This document shows positions 39,861-50,148 of a stretch of DNA of 64,000 bases, piece after piece (position 1 is the first letter of the stretch; each line of letters starts with the position of its first letter). Under the pieces are notes generated by a model. The model worked only from the letters and a program-made list of their open reading frames with translations, was not told the DNA's origin and did not search any database. A program made the translations under genes and the position numbers. Origin of the DNA: Candidatus Poribacteria bacterium (GTDB lineage Bacteria; Poribacteria; WGA-4E; PCPOR2b). The stretch lies in contig OZ244042.1 in assembly GCA_965215015.1 (NCBI GenBank), positions 256,001 to 320,000 on the forward strand. Reading direction: 5' to 3'.

Positions 39861-41681
39861 ATGGCTACCATCAAGAACCCATCCGAAAAGAAAGATTCGG
39901 GAAATACCTTTAAGGAAATGCAAGATCGGACGAATCTATCCGCACCTCCCTCAGAGCGGATTACCTCCGAAAGAAAGATTCGTGAGCTAACATTCACTAT
40001 CGAGTCGTTGGAGAGCGAGATTGATGATTTGAGAAGACGCTTAAACGCTGCTCCTTCCGACGATGTTGAAGTTCGTCTCTACGAAATGACCCGCGACTTA
40101 ATGCACGCCCACCGTAGAAATCGGAAGTTGACCAGCACCCTTCAAGAAGCCAAAGAGAAACTAGAACAGTTGAAGGAGAAGGTTGAACAGCTCAGTGCCC
40201 CACCGAATAACTACGGCGTTTTCCTTCAATCAAACGATGACGGAACCCTTGATATTGACCTTGGCGGCAAAAGGTGGCGCGTCAACGCCGATCCGGAGAT
40301 TAACGCCGATCAGCTTCAAAAAGGGCAAGAGGTCATCGTCAACGGTGTGATGAACGTTGTGAATGTTAGGGAATTTGAGCGGCAAGGTGAAGTGGTCAAA
40401 GTCAAGGAAATGCTTGACGATAACCGTGTGCTTGTGAATCTACGCGCCGATGAAGAGCGAGTTGTGGAAGTATCAGATCCGCTCAACCAAGAGGAACTTA
40501 AGTTTGGGGATAATGTCATGCTGAATCCAATCACCGGGATGGTTATGGAAAAATTGCCCAAACTTGAAGTTGAAGACCTGCTGCTCGAAGAGGTGCCGGA
40601 CATTAAATATTCGGATATTGGGGGATTAAATGAACAGATTGAGGCGATTCGGGACGCTATTGAAACGCCTTACCTCTATCCCAGTGAATACAAGGAATTC
40701 CAGTTAAAGCCTCCGAAAGGGGTGCTGCTTTATGGACCCCCCGGCTGCGGCAAAACGTTAATTGCCAAGGCGGTCGCCAATAGTCTAGCAGCTAGGGTCA
40801 GAGAACAGACAGGTAGAGATGATATAGAAAGTTATTTTATCAATATCAAGGGGCCCGAGCTACTCAATAAGTATGTTGGCGAAACGGAGCGAAAGATTCG
40901 AGAGGTCTTCCAGAAAGCCAAGGATAAGTCCAAAGAAGGAGTTCCGGTCATTATCTTCTTCGATGAGATGGATTCGCTTTTCCGATCCAGAGGTATGGGT
41001 ATTTCGTCCGATATGGAGTCAACGGTGGTGCCCCAATTCCTCGCTGAGATCGATGGCGTCGAGGGACTCAGAGATGTGGTTGTCATTGGTGCAAGCAACC
41101 GCCAAGACCTTCTGGACCCCGCCGTTTTACGCCCCGGCCGGTTAGATATCAAGATTAAGGTTGATCGCCCCGAAGCTGAGGGGGCAAAGGATATTTTCGC
41201 CATATACCTGACGCCGGACCTGCCGATTGCCCCTTCAGTGTTAGAAAAGTTTGAGGGCGATCGGGAAAAAGCGGTTCGGTCCCTCACCGACCAAGCGATA
41301 GAGAAGATGTATGCGACCACCGACGAAAACAAATTTATTGAGGTGACTTACAATCGTGGGGAACGTGAAACGCTCTACTTTAAGGATTTTGCGAGTGGGG
41401 CGATGATTGAAAACATCGTTGATCGTGCCAAAAAGATGGCGATCAAACGGCTGATCGATTCTGAAGGGAAAGAGAAGGGCATTACCCTTGATGACCTCGA
41501 ACGTGCAATCCAAGAAGAATATAAGGAGAATGAAGATCTGCCTAACACCACCAATCCCGACGATTGGGCGAAGATATCGGGACGGAAAGGCGATAGAATC
41601 GTCAACATTAAGGCATTGACCCACGAACCAGAGCCGAAAAGACGGGATGTAAGAACCGTCAAAGGTGGGGCTTACCTCTAA
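39861..41681 (+). CDS. arc: Proteasome-associated AAA ATPase ARC/Mpa
   Basis: N-terminal coiled coil, GPPGCGKT, FFDEMD, NTTNPDDWAKISG, C-terminal GAYL (GQYL-like). Confidence 0.96.
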   Translation: MATIKNPSEKKDSGNTFKEMQDRTNLSAPPSERITSERKIRELTFTIESLESEIDDLRRRLNAAPSDDVEVRLYEMTRDLMHAHRRNRKLTSTLQEAKEKLEQLKEKVEQLSAPPNNYGVFLQSNDDGTLDIDLGGKRWRVNADPEINADQLQKGQEVIVNGVMNVVNVREFERQGEVVKVKEMLDDNRVLVNLRADEERVVEVSDPLNQEELKFGDNVMLNPITGMVMEKLPKLEVEDLLLEEVPDIKYSDIGGLNEQIEAIRDAIETPYLYPSEYKEFQLKPPKGVLLYGPPGCGKTLIAKAVANSLAARVREQTGRDDIESYFINIKGPELLNKYVGETERKIREVFQKAKDKSKEGVPVIIFFDEMDSLFRSRGMGISSDMESTVVPQFLAEIDGVEGLRDVVVIGASNRQDLLDPAVLRPGRLDIKIKVDRPEAEGAKDIFAIYLTPDLPIAPSVLEKFEGDREKAVRSLTDQAIEKMYATTDENKFIEVTYNRGERETLYFKDFASGAMIENIVDRAKKMAIKRLIDSEGKEKGITLDDLERAIQEEYKENEDLPNTTNPDDWAKISGRKGDRIVNIKALTHEPEPKRRDVRTVKGGAYL

Positions 41682-41689
41682 GATAGATT

Positions 41690-43180
41690 ATGACCATACC
41701 AACGATTATGGGGACCGAAACCGAATACGGCATTTCGGTCAAAAATGCGCGAGATCCCGATCCGGTGGCAGCCTCAACGCTTGTTGTCAATATCTATAAA
41801 GACCGGGGGATTAAGGGAATCACTTGGGACTATGATCAGGAAAGTCCCTTGATGGATGCCAGAGGGTTTGTTTCTGAAGGGGCAACGGACATCCCGGATC
41901 AGGAAAATAATAGCCTCATCAATGATGTCCTCGCCAATGGGGGGCGCTACTATGTCGATCACGCCCACCCAGAGTATTGTACCCCGGAATGCACCAATGC
42001 GCGCGATCTGGTCAAATATGAGAAGGCGGGAGAATTGATATTGGATTTGAGTCGTATGGCCGCCCAAGAGCTGTTGCCCACGAATCAGGAGATTATTATT
42101 TATAAGAACAACAGCGATTATAAGGGGCACAGCTACGGTGCTCACGAAAATTATCTAATGTCTCGGGATGTCCCCTTCCAAGACATTGTTGATGGCTTAA
42201 CGCCTTTTCTCGTGACGCGACAGCCCATCACAGGGAGTGGTAAAATCGGTGCTGAAAATGGCGCAGCGGAAACGGATTATCAAATCTCCCAACGTGCTGA
42301 TTTCTTCGAGACCGAAGTTGGATTAAGCACAATGGTGGCGCGCCCGATTATCAATACGCGGGATGAGCCACACGCTGATGAAATGCTATACCGTCGGCTG
42401 CACGTCATCGTCGGCGATTCCAACATGTCGGAATTTTCCATCTATTTGAAGGTGGGAATTACGTCAATTGTGCTGCAACTCATCGCAAAGGGGGTTATGG
42501 CGGATAAGTTCAGGCTCTCCGACCCTGTTTTGGCAATCAAAACGGTGTCCCGCGATCTTTCTTGTAAAGCACCTTTGGACTTAGAAGATGGTCGGAAATG
42601 GACACCCATTGAGATGCAGCGCGAATATCTTGAGCTAGCCCATAAGCACCTCTCCACAAAGGAATTGTCTGAGGTCGTGCGCGATGTCATAAAGACATGG
42701 GAATTTGTTCTCGACCGCCTCAACGAGGACCCGATGAGCCTAGATCGACACCTCGATTGGGTCATTAAGAAAAGACTGATTGATGCGTACCTGCGACGCC
42801 ACCGTTTAGCCCATTCAGACCACCAAGTTCGGATGTTAGACTTGCAGTATCACGACCTCCGCCCGAATAAAGGGCTTTACGCGAGGTTGCTGAAAAATGG
42901 ACGTGTTGAACGACTCCTCAAACATGAGGAAATCGTTCAAGCGATTAACAACCCACCTGTTGATACACGTGCCTATTTTCGGGGCATGTGTTTACAAAAG
43001 TATCCCAATGAAATTCACAGCGCAAGCTGGAATTCAATGATTTTTTGTACTGACAATTCTTCTTTAGATAAAATCTTAATGGATCGCCCCCACTTCGGGA
43101 CACAGGAGATGACGGGCAATCTACTGAGAGACTGCACGGCTGCAGAACTGGTTCAAGCCATTCTCACATCCAACCATTAG
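41690..43180 (+). CDS. dop: Pup deamidase/depupylase Dop
   Basis: MGTETEYGI, NGGRYYVDHAHPEY, RPIINTRDEPH, PPVDTRAYFRG. Confidence 0.93.
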   Translation: MTIPTIMGTETEYGISVKNARDPDPVAASTLVVNIYKDRGIKGITWDYDQESPLMDARGFVSEGATDIPDQENNSLINDVLANGGRYYVDHAHPEYCTPECTNARDLVKYEKAGELILDLSRMAAQELLPTNQEIIIYKNNSDYKGHSYGAHENYLMSRDVPFQDIVDGLTPFLVTRQPITGSGKIGAENGAAETDYQISQRADFFETEVGLSTMVARPIINTRDEPHADEMLYRRLHVIVGDSNMSEFSIYLKVGITSIVLQLIAKGVMADKFRLSDPVLAIKTVSRDLSCKAPLDLEDGRKWTPIEMQREYLELAHKHLSTKELSEVVRDVIKTWEFVLDRLNEDPMSLDRHLDWVIKKRLIDAYLRRHRLAHSDHQVRMLDLQYHDLRPNKGLYARLLKNGRVERLLKHEEIVQAINNPPVDTRAYFRGMCLQKYPNEIHSASWNSMIFCTDNSSLDKILMDRPHFGTQEMTGNLLRDCTAAELVQAILTSNH

Positions 43181-43195
43181 AAGGAGGGAAGCAAC

Positions 43196-43393
43196 ATGCC
43201 AGCCGAAAAGCAACAGGAACAAAGAGACAAACAGACTCAGGATACTGAGGAAGTTCAACCGGATCAAGAAGTCGTAGAACAGGGCGAAGAGATTAAAGAA
43301 GATCTCGATCAACTCCTTGATGAAATCGACGAAATCTTGGAAGAAGACTCAGAAGAATTTGTCGAAAATTATATTCAGCGAGGAGGCGAATAG
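43196..43393 (+). CDS. pup: Prokaryotic ubiquitin-like protein Pup (C-terminal GGE)
   Basis: LDQLLDEIDEILEEDSEEFVENYIQRGGE. Confidence 0.95.
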   Translation: MPAEKQQEQRDKQTQDTEEVQPDQEVVEQGEEIKEDLDQLLDEIDEILEEDSEEFVENYIQRGGE

Positions 43394-44232
43394 TGGTCTT
43401 TAGCCGCTCCGATCATAGAACCTCCGATTTCCTTGAGCTCTTGCAGAGGGAACGTCCGGAGCTTCTATCAAGGTTCGGTACAACGCCCGGGACGGACCCA
43501 CCCGCTCCAAACTGGAAAGGACAGCGTGTGCCAACTCCCAGTTTGATGGATCTTTACGATAACCTCCTTGAAGGAACCACCGTATTAGCCGCTGTCTACA
43601 ACGAGGGGGTTATCATCGCTGGAGACCGTCAGGCAACAGCAGGATTTCAAGTGGGGGAACGGCGTATACGGAAGGTCTATGAAGTAGATGCCTATTCAGC
43701 CATCGCAATTGCTGGCGTCGCCGGACCGGCCATGGAAATGGCGAAGCTCTTCCAGGTACAGGTGGAGTTTTATGAAAAAATAGAAGGCTCCCCCTTAAGC
43801 CTAGAGGGCAAAGCCAATTCTCTGTCAAACATGGTCAAATCCAATTTACCTATGGCGTTGCAAGGACTGGTGGTTGTTCCAATTTTCGCAGGATATGACC
43901 TCAAACGGAAACAGGGAAAGATCTTCAAATACGACGCGATAGGAGGGCAATACGAAGAAGGCGAATACTATGCCACCGGATCCGGCGGCAAAGATGCACA
44001 AGCGACACTAAAAAAATTGTATAGCCCCGATATCTCCCGCGATGACGTCCTGCAGATAGTTGTCGAGGCACTCTGGGATGCGGCCGATGAGGATGTGGCT
44101 ACAGGGGGACCTGATTTTATTCGGGAGATTTTCCCGACAATGAAGATTATTGATGCGACGGGAATCTCAGATATACCGGATTCAGAGGTCAAGGCACTCT
44201 ATACTGAGCTACTTGACAGACTCCGCGGTTGA
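43393..44232 (+). CDS. prcB: 20S proteasome beta subunit
   Basis: Propeptide then G/TTVLA processing site; AGDRQAT, ATGSG, DVATGGPD. Confidence 0.95.
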   Translation: MVFSRSDHRTSDFLELLQRERPELLSRFGTTPGTDPPAPNWKGQRVPTPSLMDLYDNLLEGTTVLAAVYNEGVIIAGDRQATAGFQVGERRIRKVYEVDAYSAIAIAGVAGPAMEMAKLFQVQVEFYEKIEGSPLSLEGKANSLSNMVKSNLPMALQGLVVVPIFAGYDLKRKQGKIFKYDAIGGQYEEGEYYATGSGGKDAQATLKKLYSPDISRDDVLQIVVEALWDAADEDVATGGPDFIREIFPTMKIIDATGISDIPDSEVKALYTELLDRLRG

Positions 44233-44296
44233 CTCCCGGTTTGAGCGGCTTTGAAAACTACTGATAATTAATACCTGCAATTTGAGGGAGGAGTAG

Positions 44297-45007
44297 ATGC
44301 CCGCACCGTATTACGTGTCGCCCGAGCAAATCATGCAGGAAAAAGAGGATTTTGCTCGGAAGGGGATTGAGAAGGCAAAAGAGGTTATTGTTCTAGAATA
44401 CCGAGATGGTATTCTGATGGTTGCAGAAAATCCGTTGGCGACGGTTTTCAAGATTTCGGAAATCTATGATCGGATCGCACTTGCAGCGACCGGACTCTAT
44501 CCGGACTACGAAGCCCTACGATATGCAGGGATTCAGGGTGCCGAAATCAAAGGGTTTACCTTTAACCGCGAAGATGTTACGGCAAAATGGCTCGCAAATC
44601 AGTATTCACAGCAGATTGGTGCAATCTATCGGCAACCTGATGCAAAACCCCTTGAGGTAGAACTCCTCCTCTGCGAAATCCGCGACGATTCTGCGTCGAA
44701 CAACAGAATCTATCACCTGTCTTTTGATGGTACGTTTTGGGAAGACAATGAATATACCGTCATCGGCGGAAGAGCGGATGAAATCGCAGGTATCCTCGAA
44801 AATGAGTATAGCAACGGTTTGGAGTTGAGCAGTGCTGTGAGGGTTGCTGCAAGGACTTTTGAAACGATAGAAGCCGAAGTCGGGGAAGCGGAACGATACC
44901 AAGTGACGGCTGAGACAATCGAAGTAGCCGTACTTGACCAAACTCTAAATCGGCGCAAATTTAGGCGGTTGCTGCCTGATGAACTGAGTGGGATCTTGAG
45001 CACATGA
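44297..45007 (+). CDS. prcA: 20S proteasome alpha subunit
   Basis: PYYVSPEQIMQEKEDFARKGI, KISEIYDRIA, KPLEVE. Confidence 0.95.
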   Translation: MPAPYYVSPEQIMQEKEDFARKGIEKAKEVIVLEYRDGILMVAENPLATVFKISEIYDRIALAATGLYPDYEALRYAGIQGAEIKGFTFNREDVTAKWLANQYSQQIGAIYRQPDAKPLEVELLLCEIRDDSASNNRIYHLSFDGTFWEDNEYTVIGGRADEIAGILENEYSNGLELSSAVRVAARTFETIEAEVGEAERYQVTAETIEVAVLDQTLNRRKFRRLLPDELSGILST

Positions 45008-46362
45008 ACCGAAGGATTTATGGTCTGGAAAACGAATATGGAATTATCTGCACGTCGGATCGACGAGGTGGAAAAGCCTTGTCTATTCAAAATGCGGTGA
45101 TGTATCTGTTTCGAGAGATTATTTCCGGGCGGATGTATCCGGACGTTTTTCTAGAGAATGGTGCCCGGTTTTATCAGGATATCGGCTGCCACCCCGAATA
45201 TGCGACGCCTGAATGCGATAACGTGAGCGACCTTGTCAGCCACGATAAAGCCGGTGAGCGGATCATTGAACGGCTTTCTATTGCGGCAGAGCGGAAAATG
45301 CAAGCCGATGGATTTTTTGGACGGATTTCGGTCTTCAAGAATAATACCGATACACCCGGCAACACATACGGCTGCCATGAAAACTATCTGATGGATCGCC
45401 GTGTGAGCTTCCGTCAACTCGCTTCCCAACTCATCCCCTTCTTTGTGACCCGCCAAGTCTTTGCCGGGGCGGGGAAGGTCAAATCCACCAACCGAGGTGG
45501 ATACGCAATCTCCCAACGGGCGCAGCATATCCGTGAAGAAATCTCAATTGCAACGACAACAGCGCGAGGCATCATCAACACGCGAGATGAACCGCATGCT
45601 GACCGAGAAAAATATCGACGCCTGCACGTCATTGTCGGCGACTCCAACATGTCGGAGTTTGCTACCTACCTCAAGATTGGTACGACAGCAATCGTCTTGC
45701 GGATGATCGAAGATAACTTTATCAAGCAGCGTCTCGCGTTGCGCGATTCTGTCCGAGCAATTCAGCAAATCTCGGAGGATATCACCTGCACCCGGAAAAT
45801 TGAATTGGAAAATGGCAAGCGGCTTTCAGGCGTTGAGATGCAATGGGAATACCTTGAATGCGCCAAGCAGTATTTCGAGCAAGTCGAATCGGATCCAATC
45901 ACCGATCAGATTATGGCGCGGTGGGAATATGTGCTGACCTGTTTGGAAACCGATCCGATGCAGCTTGACCGAGAGCTTGATTGGGTCATCAAGAAGAAAT
46001 TGATTGAAATCTATGTGGCGAGCCGACAACTCAAGTGGAACTCCGCCAAAGTTATGATGCTCGACTTACAGTACCACAATATTCGGCCGGAGCTTGGATT
46101 ATATTACAAGCTCGAAAAAGAGGGGCGTGTTGAACGGATTGTCAGCGATAACGAGGTTGAACATGCGATGCATCACCCACCTGAAACTACCCGTGCCAAA
46201 TTCCGCGGCCGCTTTGTAAAGCTGGCAAATGAGCGAAAGATTCTGTGCGGCGTTAATTGGAGTTATATCCAACTTTACGAACCCTACCAAAAACTCTACC
46301 TTTCCACGGATCCCTTGCAAGCTGATTATGAAGAAGCTAGCCGAATGATTTATTCGATTTAG
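45004..46362 (+). CDS. pafA: Pup--protein ligase
   Basis: RRIYGLENEYG, NGARFYQDIGCHPEYATPE, YGCHENY, PPETTRAKFRG. Confidence 0.95.
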   Translation: MNRRIYGLENEYGIICTSDRRGGKALSIQNAVMYLFREIISGRMYPDVFLENGARFYQDIGCHPEYATPECDNVSDLVSHDKAGERIIERLSIAAERKMQADGFFGRISVFKNNTDTPGNTYGCHENYLMDRRVSFRQLASQLIPFFVTRQVFAGAGKVKSTNRGGYAISQRAQHIREEISIATTTARGIINTRDEPHADREKYRRLHVIVGDSNMSEFATYLKIGTTAIVLRMIEDNFIKQRLALRDSVRAIQQISEDITCTRKIELENGKRLSGVEMQWEYLECAKQYFEQVESDPITDQIMARWEYVLTCLETDPMQLDRELDWVIKKKLIEIYVASRQLKWNSAKVMMLDLQYHNIRPELGLYYKLEKEGRVERIVSDNEVEHAMHHPPETTRAKFRGRFVKLANERKILCGVNWSYIQLYEPYQKLYLSTDPLQADYEEASRMIYSI

Positions 46363-46511
46363 CATAAGGTTCGGTTAACAACCAATTCGCCTCGCTATCC
46401 AAACAGGTAATGTCAGCCCCCGGAAACGTCATGCCCCGCCCAGATGTCTTGACAAATCTGCTGTTTATGCCAATCTGTCGTTAAGAGCTTTCTTGTTATG
46501 GAGGTGAATAG

Positions 46512-46931
46512 ATGCTCCCTAGGTATACGTTAAAAATAGGAATAGTGTTGTTAGTTGTTGTTGGGCTCATGATTGGGGTGTTTGGATGCGGAAGTGCTAT
46601 CAAGGACCTCGGTTTGGTATTTGACAACCCCGCGAGTGCTGGCAGATTAAGCCCCTCTTTTAACGCCGACATTTTGCCTATCCTTACCGATCGATGCGCT
46701 ATTGCAGAATGTCATGTCGTTGACGGACCGCACGATATTGATCTCCGCACGTATGAGACCCTCAGAGCGGGCGGGGAACACGGCCCAATCGTCATTGCAG
46801 GCGATGCCAGAGAGAGTGAAATGGTCGAAGAAATTGCGGAGGGCAAGATGCCCCCTGAGGGGCCTCCTTTGGAGGCAGCTCATATCCAACTCATCATCGA
46901 TTGGATCAATGAAGGTGCCAAGAATAACTAG
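46512..46931 (+). CDS. Lipoprotein, Planctomycete-type cytochrome c domain (CX4CH)
   Basis: Lipobox VFGC; CAIAECH heme motif; GKMPP; IIDWINEGA. Confidence 0.78.
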   Translation: MLPRYTLKIGIVLLVVVGLMIGVFGCGSAIKDLGLVFDNPASAGRLSPSFNADILPILTDRCAIAECHVVDGPHDIDLRTYETLRAGGEHGPIVIAGDARESEMVEEIAEGKMPPEGPPLEAAHIQLIIDWINEGAKNN

Positions 46932-47046
46932 AACTTTTCGGTAGCATGGACGCGGTTCCTGTCCAAGATTTACCCAATATCTTCTGATAGAGGTGAACCA
47001 AAGGGTTCGCCGAATTGATGCACACGTAGGTTCAGTCCTATCAAGT

Positions 47047-47075
47047 ATCCCTCCCTTCGCGGAGGGATTTTCTTT
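47047..47075 (+). terminator. Putative Rho-independent terminator
   Basis: ATCCCTCC-CTTCGC-GGAGGGAT followed by TTTCTTT. Confidence 0.6.
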
Positions 47076-47141
47076 GTTCAATCTCTAACGTAATTACATT
47101 GTTAAGCAAATGATATGACCAAAATATGACGGAGGTGTTTA

Positions 47142-49778
47142 ATGGCTCAAGATAAATACGTTTACTTCTTTGGCAGCGGTCAAACCGATGGCAGCGCGGA
47201 GATGAGAAGCCTGCTCGGCGGTAAGGGTGCTAACCTCGCTGAAATGACTAGTTTAGGAATCCCGGTCCCGCCCGGTTTCACTATATCGACTGAGGTTGGT
47301 AAGTTATATCATGAAAACAATAACCAGTATCCCGATGGACTGGACGAACAGATTGATGAAAATTTGGGAAAACTAGAAGCAGCGATGGAGGCGAAGTTCG
47401 GGGACACTGAGAACCCACTGCTCGTTTCTGTCAGATCCGGGGCAGCGGTTTCGATGCCCGGGATGATGGACACCATCCTCAACCTCGGCTTGAACGACGA
47501 CACCATCAAGGGGTTGACTGCAAAATCCGGGAATGAACGTTTCGCTTATGACGCCTACCGTCGATTTGTGCAGATGTTCGGGGATGTCGTCCTTGGCGTT
47601 GAGCACGATGCGTTTGAGCATCTCTTGGAAGCAAAGAAAGCAGCGAAAGGTACTACGCTCGATACGGAATTGGACGCGAACGATCTGGCGGAATTGGTTT
47701 CTGAGTTCAAGGCACTCGTCAAAGAGGAAACGGGATCGGATTTCCCCGATGATCCGCGTCAGCAGCTCGACAGGGCACGGGATGCAGTCTTTGAATCGTC
47801 AAACAATGAGCGGGCGACCATCTACCGTCGATTGAGTAACATCTCCGAAGAACTCGGACGAACGGCGGTCAATGTCCAAGCGATGGTTTTTGGGAATATG
47901 GGCGAAACATCGGGGACAGGGGTTGCGTTCACACGAGATCCCTCAACTGGCGAGAACTCTTTTTACGGCGAATTTCTGATGAACGCCCAAGGCGAGGATG
48001 TCGTTGCCGGGATCCGGACGCCGCTACCCATTGATGAACTCCAGCAGGTCATGCCGGCTGCGTATGAGCAGTTGACGGCGATTGGGGACACCCTAGAGGC
48101 GCATTACCGCGATATGCAGGATGTCGAGTTCACCATTCAGGACAAGCACCTTTATATGTTGCAAACTCGTAACGGCAAACGGACCGGTGCCGCTGCCGTG
48201 CGCACTGCCGTTGAAATGGTTAATGAGGGCCTCATTGACAAAGCAACGGCTCTGACCCGCATCCCACCGGATGATCTGGAGCAACTCCTCCACCCAATGA
48301 TTGATCCATCGGCGGCGGTGGAGCCGATTGCGAAGGGGCTACCCGCCTCCCCCGGTGCTGCTGTGGGCAAGGTGGTTTTCACGGCGAATCGTGCCGAAGA
48401 ACTGGCGGCTGACGGCGAAAAGGTGATTCTGGTCCGCACCGAAACGTCTCCAGAAGATATCGGGGGAATGCACGCCGCGGAGGGCATTTTAACTGCGCGG
48501 GGTGGGATGACCTCACACGCTGCTGTCGTTGCACGGGGTATGGGAAAATGCTGTGTCGCGGGGTGCAGTGACATCAGCGTCAACGAGGCATCGAACGAGT
48601 TTCAGGCGGGTAAACTTCGACTGACAGAGGGAGACTACATCACGCTCAACGGCTCCACCGGCGAGGTGATTGAGGGCGCGGTCAGGTTGATTGACCCTGA
48701 ATTGAGCGGCGACTTTGCCACACTCATGGAATGGGCAGACGAATTTCGTAAACTTGGGGTACGCACAAATGCGGATACGCCGAGCGACTCACAGACCGCG
48801 AGAGGATTCGGCGCGGAGGGGATCGGACTCTGTCGTACCGAGCACATGTTCTTTGAAAGCGAGCGGATCGATGCCGTCCGTGAAATGATCCTCGCAAAGG
48901 ATGAGGCAGGGCGCAAAGCAGCACTCGACAAACTCCTTCCATACCAACGTGAGGACTTCGTCGGTATCTTTGAGGCGATGGACGGTTATCCTGTTACCAT
49001 TCGGACACTTGATCCACCACTCCATGAGTTCTTGCCCCAAACCGATGAAGATGTCAAGGAACTTGCGGATAAGATCGGTGTCCCCGCTGAAACATTGTAC
49101 CAGCAAAGGGAGGCGTTGCACGAATTTAACCCGATGCTGGGCCATCGGGGATGTCGTCTCGGTATCATCTATCCGGAAATTACAGAGATGCAAGCGCAAG
49201 CGATTTTTGAGGCGGCTGTCGAAGTCACTAAACGCGGGGTTAAGGCAATCCCTGAGATTATGATCCCATTGGTTGGGCATGTTCAGGAATTAGCGTTGCA
49301 GCGTGAGGTGGTCGTCGATACAGCCAAAAAGGTGTTTGCGGAGACAGGCACTGAGGTCGAGTACCTTGTCGGGACGATGATTGAATTGCCGAGAGCCGCG
49401 ATTACCGCGAATGAAATCGCGCAGGAAGCGGAATTTTTCTCCTTCGGGACGAACGATCTCACACAGACTACCTTCGGGATGAGCCGCGACGATGCCGGCA
49501 AATTCTTGGGCGATTATGTAGATGGCGGCATCCTTGAACATGACCCGTTCCAGGTGCTGGATCAGCATGGCGTCGGTCAGTTGATACAGATCGGCACAAA
49601 CAAAGGACGTGAGACCCGCCCAGATCTCAAGGTCGGTATCTGCGGCGAACACGGCGGTGAGCCTAGCTCCGTTATCTTCTGCCACGATTCAGGTTTGGAC
49701 TATGTCTCTTGTTCGCCGTTCCGTGTACCCGTTGCACGGCTTGCTGCGGCACAAGCTGCCGTTGCTGATGAGTCCTGA
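47142..49778 (+). CDS. ppdK: Pyruvate, phosphate dikinase
   Basis: [43 protein letters not shown]. Confidence 0.97.
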   Translation: MAQDKYVYFFGSGQTDGSAEMRSLLGGKGANLAEMTSLGIPVPPGFTISTEVGKLYHENNNQYPDGLDEQIDENLGKLEAAMEAKFGDTENPLLVSVRSGAAVSMPGMMDTILNLGLNDDTIKGLTAKSGNERFAYDAYRRFVQMFGDVVLGVEHDAFEHLLEAKKAAKGTTLDTELDANDLAELVSEFKALVKEETGSDFPDDPRQQLDRARDAVFESSNNERATIYRRLSNISEELGRTAVNVQAMVFGNMGETSGTGVAFTRDPSTGENSFYGEFLMNAQGEDVVAGIRTPLPIDELQQVMPAAYEQLTAIGDTLEAHYRDMQDVEFTIQDKHLYMLQTRNGKRTGAAAVRTAVEMVNEGLIDKATALTRIPPDDLEQLLHPMIDPSAAVEPIAKGLPASPGAAVGKVVFTANRAEELAADGEKVILVRTETSPEDIGGMHAAEGILTARGGMTSHAAVVARGMGKCCVAGCSDISVNEASNEFQAGKLRLTEGDYITLNGSTGEVIEGAVRLIDPELSGDFATLMEWADEFRKLGVRTNADTPSDSQTARGFGAEGIGLCRTEHMFFESERIDAVREMILAKDEAGRKAALDKLLPYQREDFVGIFEAMDGYPVTIRTLDPPLHEFLPQTDEDVKELADKIGVPAETLYQQREALHEFNPMLGHRGCRLGIIYPEITEMQAQAIFEAAVEVTKRGVKAIPEIMIPLVGHVQELALQREVVVDTAKKVFAETGTEVEYLVGTMIELPRAAITANEIAQEAEFFSFGTNDLTQTTFGMSRDDAGKFLGDYVDGGILEHDPFQVLDQHGVGQLIQIGTNKGRETRPDLKVGICGEHGGEPSSVIFCHDSGLDYVSCSPFRVPVARLAAAQAAVADES

Positions 49779-49810
49779 AATGGTTAGGACAATTCACTGT
49801 GTAGGGGCAC

Positions 49811-50129
49811 CATCGCAGTTTGTAGTAGCGCAATTCATTGCGCGTTAGATCCTATGGCATGTAGTAGGCTTACTCAACCATATAAAGAAATAGTGCAAAC
49901 AAAACGAGTTGTTGCGGAAAAACTCGATCTCTCTAAGCTGCTCTGCACTTTCTTTCAAGCTCCCGTTGCTGAACATCGCAGTTTGTAGTAGCGCAATTCA
50001 TTGCGCGTTAAATGTTATGGCATGTCGTAGGCTTACTCAACCATATAAAGAAATAGTGCAAAGAAACCGAGTGTTTTCGGAAAAACTCGGTTTCTCTAAG
50101 CTGCTCTGCACTTTCTTTCAACATGAACC
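49811..50129. repeat. Tandem duplication (~148 bp x2) of a REP plus an inverted family-A MITE
   Basis: 49811-49958 resembles 49974-50121; each has GTTTGTAGTAGCGCAATTCATTGCGCG and ...TGCACTTTCTTTCAA. Confidence 0.85.
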
Positions 50130-50148
50130 AATTTTTTTATTATAGAAA

